This document shows positions 1 through 8,195 of a stretch of 64,000 nucleotides of DNA, one piece after another. The number at the start of each line of letters is the position of its first letter. Positions within the stretch are counted from its first letter, which is position 1. Source of the stretch: Dehalococcoidia bacterium (GTDB lineage Bacteria > Chloroflexota > Dehalococcoidia > Lucifugimonadales > UBA3495); contig CBDCQN010000003.1 of NCBI GenBank assembly GCA_965220625.1, forward strand, positions 1,994,186 to 2,058,185, written 5' to 3'. The position numbers and the translations under genes were made by a program. The notes beneath the pieces are model-generated. The model saw nothing but the letters and a program-made list of their open reading frames with translations. It was not told the origin of the DNA and searched no databases.

Positions 1-811
1 GCTTCCCACCGGCAGTTACCGGGTGATATTGGGACCGCAGCCGGTGGCCGAAATCCTCGAATGGATATTGATGGCGTCGTTCCAGTTGGAGATGTTTTAC
101 GCGGGCGCATCGTCGTTCATGGGAAAGCTGGGGCAGCAGGTTGCGTCCGAGCAACTCAGTATTTTCGACGACAGCCGCGCCGCCGGCCTCCCCAATTCCC
201 GGTCGATCACCGATGAAGGTCTGCCCACCGGCCGCGCCGAGCTGCTGAGCAACGGCCGGTTATCGGGGCTGATTTCCGACTTCTACAACTATCAGCGCAT
301 CCTGCGCGACCCGTCCGGCAGGGAAAAGCTGGGCCGCGACCCAATGGAGGCGCGACAGGACATCGCACCCCGGAACGGCTTTCGACCGGGCAACGGCGGC
401 GGCCGCGACTTCGGTGGTCCGCCCGGCGCCGTATCCTCCAATCTGATCGTGCAGGGCTCGCCCGGCGTATCCCGAGACGAACTGCTCCGGCAGGTCGGAG
501 ACGGCGTCTACATCGGCCGGATTTGGTACACCTATCCCGTGAACGGCATCAGCGCCGGCGACTTCAGCGGCACGATTATCGGTGACTCGTACCTGATCAA
601 GGATGGGCGGATCGCCGCGCCATTGAAGCCCAACACGCTGCGCATGAACGACAACGTACTCCGGGTCATCAACAGCATCCTGGGAATTGGCGCATTCCGG
701 CGGCCCACGGTACGGTGGTCTTCGGACCAAGTCACCTGGGCTCCGGAGATCGCGGTGGACGGTTTCGGCCTGGAAGAGATCAGCGAGTACATGGAGAACG
801 TTTACCAATAG
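1..811 (+). CDS. TldD/PmbA family metalloprotease, C-terminal portion (gene begins upstream of window)
   Basis: Frame is open from the window edge. C-terminal motifs GRIWYTYPVNGISAGDFSG and LIKDGRIAAPLKPNTL resemble TldD/PmbA family. Confidence 0.8.
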   Translation, partial: LPTGSYRVILGPQPVAEILEWILMASFQLEMFYAGASSFMGKLGQQVASEQLSIFDDSRAAGLPNSRSITDEGLPTGRAELLSNGRLSGLISDFYNYQRILRDPSGREKLGRDPMEARQDIAPRNGFRPGNGGGRDFGGPPGAVSSNLIVQGSPGVSRDELLRQVGDGVYIGRIWYTYPVNGISAGDFSGTIIGDSYLIKDGRIAAPLKPNTLRMNDNVLRVINSILGIGAFRRPTVRWSSDQVTWAPEIAVDGFGLEEISEYMENVYQ

Positions 812-840
812 CGGCCTCCCCGCCGACATGGAGCCCGAAG

Positions 841-1659
841 ATGTCTTCTGAGGAATCAAGGGAACAAGCCGTAAAATTCAGCGTCGCCAGGGGGGTGGGG
901 GTCATCACCCTGAACCGCCCCGAGTCTCGAAACGCCCTCACTCCCGAAATGATCGAATTGATTGGTCAGGCGGTCGAGAGCTGCAAACGCCCCCATGTTC
1001 GGGCGGTCCTGATCACCGGCGCTGGAGGCGCGTTCTGCGCCGGGGCGGACGTGAAGCAACTGGTGGAAACCCTGGAGAGCGATGGGCCCGAAGGGTTGTC
1101 GCGAGCGGTCCGAGAGCTGGCCGATTCCTTGCACCACAACGTTGTCCTGGCCCTGCGCCGGCTCGACAAGCCGGTCGTGGCTGCCGTTAACGGCGCGGCC
1201 GCCGGGGCCGGGTTCAGCCTTACTCTGGCCGCCGACCTGCGCCTGGCCGCACAGAGCGCGCGGTTTCTGATGGCCTACGCCAATATCGGCGCACCCGCCG
1301 ACGGCGGCTCCACCTATCTGCTGCCCCGTCTGGTGGGTGCTGGCAGGGCGATGGAGCTTTACCTCGCCAGCCAGCCGGTGGGCGCCCCCAGAGCCTTGGA
1401 GTTGGGCTTGGTGACCCAGGTCTGCCCGGACGGAGAGTTGGACCGGCACGCCTTGGAGACTGCCGAGAAGCTGGCCGCGGGTCCGACTGCAGCCTATGGG
1501 CGGGTAAAGGAGCTGTACGAGCGTACTTGGGACTCGAGCTTGGAGGCCCAGTTGGACGCTGAGACCGAGGCCTTCGCCCAAGTGACACTGACCCGCGACT
1601 TCCAGGAAGGCATCAAAGCCTTCACCGAACGCCGTCAGCCCTGGTTCCAAGGGCGGTAG
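841..1659 (+). CDS. enoyl-CoA hydratase/isomerase (crotonase) family protein
   Basis: ITLNRPESRNAL, GAGGAFCAGADV and AAVNGAAAGAGF crotonase motifs. ATG at 841 is in frame with the 715 ORF and preceded by GGAG. The earlier GTG would overlap the TldD gene. Confidence 0.9.
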   Translation: MSSEESREQAVKFSVARGVGVITLNRPESRNALTPEMIELIGQAVESCKRPHVRAVLITGAGGAFCAGADVKQLVETLESDGPEGLSRAVRELADSLHHNVVLALRRLDKPVVAAVNGAAAGAGFSLTLAADLRLAAQSARFLMAYANIGAPADGGSTYLLPRLVGAGRAMELYLASQPVGAPRALELGLVTQVCPDGELDRHALETAEKLAAGPTAAYGRVKELYERTWDSSLEAQLDAETEAFAQVTLTRDFQEGIKAFTERRQPWFQGR

Positions 1660-1679
1660 AGAGTTGCCGCGGGGCTGGA

Positions 1680-1910
1680 TCAGGTAAAGTCGAAAACTTT
1701 CACTTCGGCTATTCTGGTGGGTTTGCCGCTTTCATGGATGGCCCGACGGACTTTTTCGGTAATTTCCACGCTGAACGATTGCTCACCACAACGCCCGCAA
1801 ATCTCCGCCGGTACACCCCTGACAGCGAAGTATTCACCATCGATCTGAAAGACATCGTCGACCAGCTCCACTCGGCTGACCTTGGAACCACAAACCGCGC
1901 ACTTAAACAT
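1680..1910 (-). CDS. YgiT-type zinc-finger protein (MqsA-like antitoxin N-domain type)
   Basis: MFKCAVCG...VPAEICGRCGEQSF gives two CxxC pairs with the YgiT/MqsA zinc-ribbon layout. Start trimmed to ATG 1910, which overlaps the stop of a small upstream ORF (ATGTTTAA). Confidence 0.7.
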   Translation of the reverse strand: MFKCAVCGSKVSRVELVDDVFQIDGEYFAVRGVPAEICGRCGEQSFSVEITEKVRRAIHESGKPTRIAEVKVFDFT

Positions 1911-2007
1911 TGCTACCTCCGGACCGAGTAGTCCACCCACTCACCGCGTCTGGCTCATACAGAGTAACGATCTTGACCAGATCGGTGTCGGCCAGAGACA
2001 CCTGCAT
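1903..2007 (-). pseudogene. possible decapitated DUF4258-like toxin remnant upstream of the zinc-finger gene
   Basis: The frame reads ...GIPVKWRNRSNKMQVSLADTDLVKIVTLYEPDAVSGW, which resembles the C-terminal half of DUF4258-type toxins. No full-length ORF exists. The frame runs nonsensically into the mutS2 3' end. Confidence 0.25.
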
Positions 2008-2075
2008 CTTGTTCGATCGATTTCGCCATTTGACCGGAATACCGTATCCATGAAGAACCTGGAACGAAGTACCCC

Positions 2076-4511
2076 CTAGCGAATCTCCACCACCGTGACG
2101 CCGTCGCCTCCGGGGCCCTCGCCGTTGGCGGCGGATACCACCAGGGGGTGGTCGGCCAAGTACTCCCGGACGGCGCGGCGGAGGGCTCCGGTTCCCTTGC
2201 CGTGAATGATCCTGAACTCGCCGGCGCCGTCGAGGGCGGCGTTGTTGAGGGCCGCGTCCACCTTGGCGACCGCGTCATCGACACGAAGACCGCGCAGGTC
2301 CAAGTCCCCACCGGAACGCCGCGGGGCAGTCGTCCGGCTGAGGTAAACCCCTTGCCGGGCCGCTACGGCGTGTCCCTCAGCACGGCGCTCCAATTGGTAT
2401 ACCGGTATTTTGGCCCGCATCGTGCCCAGCAGCACTTCCAAGCGGTCCTGTTCGTCCGGCGGGGTGATGACCTCCACCGGCTGGCTGATGCCGCGAACAT
2501 AGACCCGGTCTCCTTCTTTGAGGGACTCCTGCCACCGGGACCGTTTGACCTCTATCGGTTGCCAGTCAGTGGATTCAAGCTGACGCTGTACCTCCCGGAT
2601 CTCAACCCGTTGCTGTTGTACCTGGACAGGCGTCTCCGGGCGTTCCAGCAACCGTTCCGCGCGTCTCAACCCGTCCAGGATGCCGGCTATCCGGTCCTGA
2701 AGTTCCTGTCGCGCTTCCTCCACCAAGGCCGCCTTGGCGCTTTCCACCGACGACAACTGCTCTTCCAGGTCTCTCTGTTGCCGGGAAGCCTGGGTGCGGG
2801 CCTCCTCCGCCTCTTCCCGCAAACGCTCCACCACCAGCCGTTCCTGCTGTAGCTCGTGCAACAAATTATCCGTGGCTTCCTGCGCCGGGGATATTCCGGA
2901 ACGAGCGTCTTCGATAATAGGTCCGGGGATTCCCAGCCGGGCCGCGATGGTCAGAGCATAGCTTCTGCCGGGCATACCAAGGGTCAGATGGTAGGTGGGC
3001 TCCAGGGTACCGGGATCCAGGTCGACACTGGCATTGACCATACCGGGTTGTTCCTGGGCCGTTCTGGCCACGCCTCGATGGTGGGTGGTGGCCACCAGGA
3101 AAACGCCTTTGTCCCTGAAATAGCGCAGGATCGCGCTGGCCAGGGCCGACCCTTCTTCGGGATCGGTGCTGGCGCCCAACTCGTCGGCCAAAACAAGGGA
3201 CCGGACAGTGGCCCGGTTCATTATCGATATGAGGTTGGTCATGTGGGAACTGAAGGTCGACAGCGACTGCTGGATGCTCTGTTGGTCGCCGATGTCGGCG
3301 TAGACGCCATCGAAGCAGGGGAGATGGGCTTCGTCGGCCGGGACGTGCAGACCCGCATGGGCCATTATCGCCAAAAGCCCCACCGTCTTCAGGGCCACCG
3401 TCTTGCCGCCGGCGTTGGGCCCGGTGATCAGCATCACCCCGGCTTCCGTGCCGAGTTCCACAGTCACCGGGACCACCCTTCCCGGCAGCAGGGGGTGGCG
3501 CGCCCGTACCAGCTTCAGACTCCGTTCCGGCGTCTCTTGAGACGCCAGCCACGGGGGGACTGCCTTGAGGGCGGCCGAGTAACGGGCCTTGGCCGTGTTC
3601 AGATCCAAGCGGGCTACGAGGTCCAGTGTTAACAACAGGTCTTCGCCGCTTTCTCCCACGAGACCGGAAAGCTGCCGCAGCACCCGCTCTTCTTCCCTCT
3701 CTTGGGCCAGACGCGCTTCCCGCCAGCGGTTGCCCAAATCGATGGCCTGCATCGGTTCGACGAAGACGGTGGCCCCGCTGTCGGAGACATCGTGGACGAT
3801 CCCGGGCACCCGCGGCCGCATCTCGGTCTTGATCAAGAGCACCATGCGGCCGTTGCGTTGAGTGATCAGTGGCTCTTGCACCAATTCCTGGCGTTGCAGC
3901 CGGCGCAGGTTCCGCTCCATTACCTCGTTGAGACGGTTCTGGGCCTGGCGGGCCTCGGTCCGCAACCGCCCCAAGACGGGACTGGCATGGTCCAAGACCT
4001 CTCCGGCGGGGCTGATGGCGCCTGTGATATCCCGTTCCAACTGGGACACGTCCGGGATGTCGCCCGCGATGCGGGCCAGCATCGGCATTCGTTCCTGGCG
4101 GGCCAGGACGGAGCGGTCATAACGAGCGGCGCGGGCCAGTTCCCTTACGGCGTAGAGTTCGATGCCCCGCAGAAGACCGCCCAGCAGCGCACGCTGCAAC
4201 AACTCGCGGAAGTCCTGCTCCGGTCCGAATTCCAGCGCGCCGGACTGTTCCAAGAACTGCCTGGCTTCGGTCGTTTCCTGCTGGCGGGTGGCGATCTCCA
4301 AAAGGTCTTGGGAAGGAGTGAGAGACATCGCCCGCTCCCGGCCCACGACCGTACGGGTATAGGAAGCCAACTGCAGCCGGATCTGGTCGAACTCCAGCAG
4401 CGACCCCGCTTGGCGAAAGCCGTCCAAGGCGCCGGGCGGAGGAACGGTATCGACGGGGAGCGTTGCGTCCTGACCCGGCTGTTCAGCGTCCAATTCAGTG
4501 TCGTTCAACAA
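2076..4511 (-). CDS. mutS2: endonuclease MutS2 (MutS domain plus C-terminal Smr domain)
   Basis: 811 aa. Walker A ITGPNAGGKT, MutS ATPase core, and C-terminal Smr (DLDLRGLRVDDA...IIHGKGTGALRRAV). Confidence 0.95.
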   Translation of the reverse strand: MLNDTELDAEQPGQDATLPVDTVPPPGALDGFRQAGSLLEFDQIRLQLASYTRTVVGRERAMSLTPSQDLLEIATRQQETTEARQFLEQSGALEFGPEQDFRELLQRALLGGLLRGIELYAVRELARAARYDRSVLARQERMPMLARIAGDIPDVSQLERDITGAISPAGEVLDHASPVLGRLRTEARQAQNRLNEVMERNLRRLQRQELVQEPLITQRNGRMVLLIKTEMRPRVPGIVHDVSDSGATVFVEPMQAIDLGNRWREARLAQEREEERVLRQLSGLVGESGEDLLLTLDLVARLDLNTAKARYSAALKAVPPWLASQETPERSLKLVRARHPLLPGRVVPVTVELGTEAGVMLITGPNAGGKTVALKTVGLLAIMAHAGLHVPADEAHLPCFDGVYADIGDQQSIQQSLSTFSSHMTNLISIMNRATVRSLVLADELGASTDPEEGSALASAILRYFRDKGVFLVATTHHRGVARTAQEQPGMVNASVDLDPGTLEPTYHLTLGMPGRSYALTIAARLGIPGPIIEDARSGISPAQEATDNLLHELQQERLVVERLREEAEEARTQASRQQRDLEEQLSSVESAKAALVEEARQELQDRIAGILDGLRRAERLLERPETPVQVQQQRVEIREVQRQLESTDWQPIEVKRSRWQESLKEGDRVYVRGISQPVEVITPPDEQDRLEVLLGTMRAKIPVYQLERRAEGHAVAARQGVYLSRTTAPRRSGGDLDLRGLRVDDAVAKVDAALNNAALDGAGEFRIIHGKGTGALRRAVREYLADHPLVVSAANGEGPGGDGVTVVEIR

Positions 4512-4571
4512 AAAAGCCCAGTATGTCGAATAGGGACGAATCGGTGCTGGGGAAGCGCGGGAGGGCGGTCA

Positions 4572-5300
4572 TTACCAAGCGACTGTCCAGACCCGGCTCT
4601 CCCGAATCATCAACCCCACTGATTCCAGCGTATCACGTTTGGGGTCGCGGATGTTGAGGCGCCGGGGCAGGGTGATGGCCGACAGCGCGGCCAGTGATGG
4701 ACATTGCTTGAGCAGGCCGTTCAGGGTGAACTTCTCTCCTCCCAACAGTACGTAGTCCAGACTGCCTGGAGCCAATCGCTGGCGAACTTCTTCGCATACT
4801 TTGTCGTAGAGCCGTTTCACTTGGCCCTCACGCACCCTGGTATACCGGAGCTGCGAAGTGCCGCCGGCGTGGTGCTTGCCCTTTACGTAGCGTGAGTCGG
4901 TCTTGGAGGCGACCAGCCTGTCGCCTTGGTACAGGGCAACCGAAAACCGGCCGAGACGGACCAGCACCACTCCCACCGTGAAGTCGCTGTCCAAGAGTTG
5001 CCGCAAGGGAGAGTCGTCCCATCCATCAATCGACCGCGTCTCCCGCACTGGGAAGGGCGGCGCGATGAGTAGCCCCCGGCTGCCCGAACGCAGTCCCACG
5101 ACGCCGCAGCCATTCTCCTCGACTAGAGGCCCCAACTCCCGGAGGTGCTGGCTCCAACCCGGGCCGACGCTGGCGTCCACGGCCGCGCCGGGGGTCAGGT
5201 ACAACGACGAACTGCCCTCGTTTTCCGGCTGCGAGGCGATTCCGTCCAGCATGCGAGTCAACCGGCCCGCAGGAATCCATTGTCCGGCCAAATCCATCAC
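4572..5300 (-). CDS. Vms1/VLRF1-type (acVLRF1-like) peptidyl-tRNA hydrolase, eRF1-fold
   Basis: VVLVRLGRFSVALYQGDRLVASKTDSRYVKGKHHAGGTSQLRYTR matches the actinobacterial/chloroflexal VLRF1 pattern (GG-x-SQ-x-R-F/Y-x-R) as I remember it. Lies 61 nt upstream of mutS2 on the same strand. Confidence 0.65.
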   Translation of the reverse strand: MMDLAGQWIPAGRLTRMLDGIASQPENEGSSSLYLTPGAAVDASVGPGWSQHLRELGPLVEENGCGVVGLRSGSRGLLIAPPFPVRETRSIDGWDDSPLRQLLDSDFTVGVVLVRLGRFSVALYQGDRLVASKTDSRYVKGKHHAGGTSQLRYTRVREGQVKRLYDKVCEEVRQRLAPGSLDYVLLGGEKFTLNGLLKQCPSLAALSAITLPRRLNIRDPKRDTLESVGLMIRESRVWTVAW

Positions 5301-5320
5301 TTCACGATTTAACCACAGAG

Positions 5321-5370
5321 AGGGCGGAGAGCACAGTGTCCGCCTCTGCGGTCTTCGCGCTCTCCGCGGT
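5321..5370. repeat. palindromic GGAGAGCAC-type intergenic repeat
   Basis: gcggagagc (5324-5332) pairs with gctctccgc (5359-5367). Related palindromes occur at 8120-8158 and 26440-26533. Confidence 0.6.
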
Positions 5371-5413
5371 TATAGTAAACTGGGCCAAGACATTCCGGCC
5401 AGCAGGAGGAGGC

Positions 5414-6217
5414 TTGACTGCGGAAGATTTCGACTCGTTATCGCGGCGGCGAGACCAGGCCTTGGTCCGGCTAGACGAGGGTCACCGGGCGCTCACCAAC
5501 TCCCTCGCCGGGCTCGACCCGGAGGAAGCGTTCCTCGGCTCCCGCTGGTCGGTACGCGAGGTGCTGCTCCACCTGGACTCGGAAAACTTCATCGACGCTC
5601 TGGAGAAGTTTGCGCGAGGCGAGCACGAAATGCTGCCTCCCTTCTCGACCCGCGAGGAAGAGCTGAAGAAGGAAATCGCCCACATGGAGGAAACGCATCA
5701 ACGGTTTCGCTCTCTGGTAGCCGGACTCAACCCGGCACAGCTTGGCCAACCCGTAACACCGCCGAACCCGGAGAACGCCTTCCCCGGCCTGTCCCTGCTG
5801 GAGCTGATCGAACGGGTCTGCGGCCATGAAGCGTCCCACGCCCGGCAGATCGAGCTGACCCGCAAGTACGTCGCCGCCTTCCGCTCACAGGAACGGGCGC
5901 TTAACATCGTCGCACTGGGCGACGGCAGCCCGGCCCGCCTGTCGCAGGGCGTCAAAGACCTGCTGAACATGGCCGACTACGTGGTGGGAGAACCAGCGGC
6001 CCTGGAATTGGTGAGCCGTTGGACCCGTGGGGTCGAGCTGACCCTAACCGACGATAACACCGAGGAACTTATCGCCAGAATGGGGCGCGAAGTGCAGGCC
6101 GGACTCTGGGCGGTGGTCTGCTGCTTCGGCGACCCGGCAGCCGACGGCAACGCCATTGTGACCTTGGCCCACCAGCACGCCGACGCGGTGGCGGTGTACG
6201 GGCCGGCGGGGGAATAG
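5414..6217 (+). CDS. DinB-family domain protein with C-terminal tetrapyrrole-methylase-like half domain
   Basis: N-terminus has a DinB-like four-helix pattern (WSVREVLLHL...CGHEASHARQI). C-terminus has IVALGDGSPARL...ADYVVGEP...CCFGDPAADG, like the N-subdomain of TP methylases. Start moved to TTG 5414, preceded by AGGAGGAGG. Confidence 0.55.
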   Translation: MTAEDFDSLSRRRDQALVRLDEGHRALTNSLAGLDPEEAFLGSRWSVREVLLHLDSENFIDALEKFARGEHEMLPPFSTREEELKKEIAHMEETHQRFRSLVAGLNPAQLGQPVTPPNPENAFPGLSLLELIERVCGHEASHARQIELTRKYVAAFRSQERALNIVALGDGSPARLSQGVKDLLNMADYVVGEPAALELVSRWTRGVELTLTDDNTEELIARMGREVQAGLWAVVCCFGDPAADGNAIVTLAHQHADAVAVYGPAGE

Positions 6218-6228
6218 GCCGGTTGGCC

Positions 6229-6723
6229 TTATCCCAAGGCGACAGGTTCCCACTGCAGAGGGATATCCAGCAGAGTCCCTTGCAAGCGTTCAAGGATTGG
6301 CCGATAACTATCGGCGGGCTCAAGCCTTACCCGCAAATATACAGGCGCATCGCTGCTGACAATCAAACGGTGTGCCGTTTCCATTACTGCGGCCAGCATC
6401 CGGCACTGCTCCGGATAGTCTACGTCTCTGCCGCCAGGCCCGCGCAGCCACAAGACTGAAATCCGATGATCGTCTATCAAATTCCGGTGTTTGCGACGGG
6501 CAAACCAATCGCCGGTAATCCATAATGCCCGGTGACCAGCTTTGGCCCCCAGATGACGAATTATATCTTCGTCTGGGAGAGGAACGACGGACAGATCCCG
6601 ACCGGGCCACTCATCCCAAACCGTCGCGATCGGGTATCCGGTCAATCTGGATACACTTGGAACAATACCCGAACTCAAAGATTCGTCAATGAGGAAGAAC
6701 GGCTCAGACGTTGACGGCCGCAA
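6229..6723 (-). CDS. PIN-like (DUF5615-like) putative toxin
   Basis: FFLIDESLSS...PDEDIIRHLGAKAGHRALWITGDWFARR resembles DUF5615/Mut7-C type PIN-like proteins. Overlaps the upstream DUF433 gene by 20 nt. Confidence 0.5.
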   Translation of the reverse strand: MRPSTSEPFFLIDESLSSGIVPSVSRLTGYPIATVWDEWPGRDLSVVPLPDEDIIRHLGAKAGHRALWITGDWFARRKHRNLIDDHRISVLWLRGPGGRDVDYPEQCRMLAAVMETAHRLIVSSDAPVYLRVRLEPADSYRPILERLQGTLLDIPLQWEPVALG

Positions 6724-7336
6724 GCTGCCTTTCCCATTCCAAGGCGTTCAACACCCGCTCTTTGGTCAGCCTGTATCCATCCGCTAAATTCTCAACGCTA
6801 TCCCCACGTTTCAACATTCCGGGGAATATGCAGGTCGGAGTTCGCGTTCCGATTACACACGGGCTGCCGGATACAACGCCGGGGTGGATTACAACGTCTT
6901 CAAAGGGCCGCCATATGCAGGCGACCCCTTCGCTGTCAAACTCCAGGTCCAATGGAGAATTGTTCAGAGAGCAGAGGGAGAGTATCTTGAGAAAATAGCT
7001 TATCGTTTCGCCTTCAAGCGCACTGAGATCAGAAAAACTCCACAAGGCCTTGCTGGCGAAAGGCCACTCCACACCCAACTCCCGCCTGAGCGAGAGGCCG
7101 GATTCGTTGATGGCGCCGACGGACACTCCCCGAGCGTAAAGCTGGGAAATCAGCCGCAGGGAAATCATGGCACGGAAGTCAATGTATTTCTCCCCTTCCC
7201 AAATGTCATCCCACTCCAGCGACGCAACGCCTGCGTCGACCCAATCCCGCAACTGCTTTTCGGAGAGTCGTTCCGCACCGGACTTCTCATTGGACCAAGA
7301 GATGAGCCGCGCCGCTTTCGCTGCCTCGTAACTCAA
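6704..7336 (-). CDS. DUF433 domain protein (putative antitoxin partner)
   Basis: C-terminal GSPCVIGTRTPTCIFPGMLKRGDSVENLADGYRLTKERVLNALEWE matches the DUF433 signature. Operonic overlap with the PIN-like gene. Confidence 0.65.
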   Translation of the reverse strand: MSYEAAKAARLISWSNEKSGAERLSEKQLRDWVDAGVASLEWDDIWEGEKYIDFRAMISLRLISQLYARGVSVGAINESGLSLRRELGVEWPFASKALWSFSDLSALEGETISYFLKILSLCSLNNSPLDLEFDSEGVACIWRPFEDVVIHPGVVSGSPCVIGTRTPTCIFPGMLKRGDSVENLADGYRLTKERVLNALEWERQLAAVNV

Positions 7337-7474
7337 AACGCCAGCCTCCCAACAAGGGATGTGTCAACATTGTAAATCTTCGCCAACCGTTCTCTCAATT
7401 GCCCGCCATCGGCCGTTTTGCTACACTAGCCTGTGCCGCAGTCAGGGAATCCCAAACGCCGGAGATGAGTCAGC

Positions 7475-8095
7475 ATGATCTATGAAGTCCGCACCTATAC
7501 CCTGAAGCCTGGCAGCGTGGCCACGTTCGAAGAGAACTTCGGCGCAGCCCTGCCGCACCGCCAAAAATACTCTCCCCTGGCTGCCTTTTGGCACACCGAG
7601 ATCGGCCCGTTGAACCAAGTGATCCACGTTTGGCCTTACGAGAGCCTGGACGAGCGCACCAAGATCCGGGCTGAAGCCGCCAATGACCCCAATTGGCCTC
7701 CCCACAACGACCCCGAAATGTACGTCAACATGGAATCGGAAATTTTCATTCCGGCCCCTTTCATGCGGCCCTTGGGTGGAGACCAGGCCTTGGGAAACAT
7801 CTACGAGATGCGGTCCTACAACTACCGGCAGGGCAGCATGGGCGAAGTGATCAAGCGCTGGGCCGAGGCTGTCCCCCATCGCGAGGAATACTCTCCCTTG
7901 GCCGCCGCTTGGTACACCGAGTTGGGCGGGTTGAACAAGTGGGTGCATATCTGGCCCTACGCCGATCTCGAAGAGCGAAACCGGGTGCGGGAAGAGGCCG
8001 TTAAGAGCCCCCACTGGCCGCCGCCCACCCGGGAGTTTCTGGCGAGCCAGGAAAACAAGATCATGGTGCCCGCTTCCTTCTCGCCCACGCACTGA
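7475..8095 (+). CDS. NIPSNAP family protein (two NIPSNAP repeats)
   Basis: MIYEVRTYTLKPGS...VIHVWPYESLDER is repeated as IYEMRSYNYRQGS...WVHIWPYADLEER. Confidence 0.8.
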   Translation: MIYEVRTYTLKPGSVATFEENFGAALPHRQKYSPLAAFWHTEIGPLNQVIHVWPYESLDERTKIRAEAANDPNWPPHNDPEMYVNMESEIFIPAPFMRPLGGDQALGNIYEMRSYNYRQGSMGEVIKRWAEAVPHREEYSPLAAAWYTELGGLNKWVHIWPYADLEERNRVREEAVKSPHWPPPTREFLASQENKIMVPASFSPTH

Positions 8096-8119
8096 AATAT
8101 TCCACCGCTGAAAGCACGG

Positions 8120-8158
8120 AGAGAGCACAGAGATTCTTGACCGGTCTCTGTGCTCTCT
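8120..8158. repeat. 14-bp-stem hairpin of the GGAGAGCAC repeat family (terminator-like, no U tract)
   Basis: agagagcacagaga (8120-8133) pairs with tctctgtgctctct (8145-8158), with an 11-nt loop. Lies just downstream of the NIPSNAP gene. Confidence 0.6.
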
Positions 8159-8195
8159 GTGTTCCTGCGGTGAACAATCGTAATGAGCGACCGTA

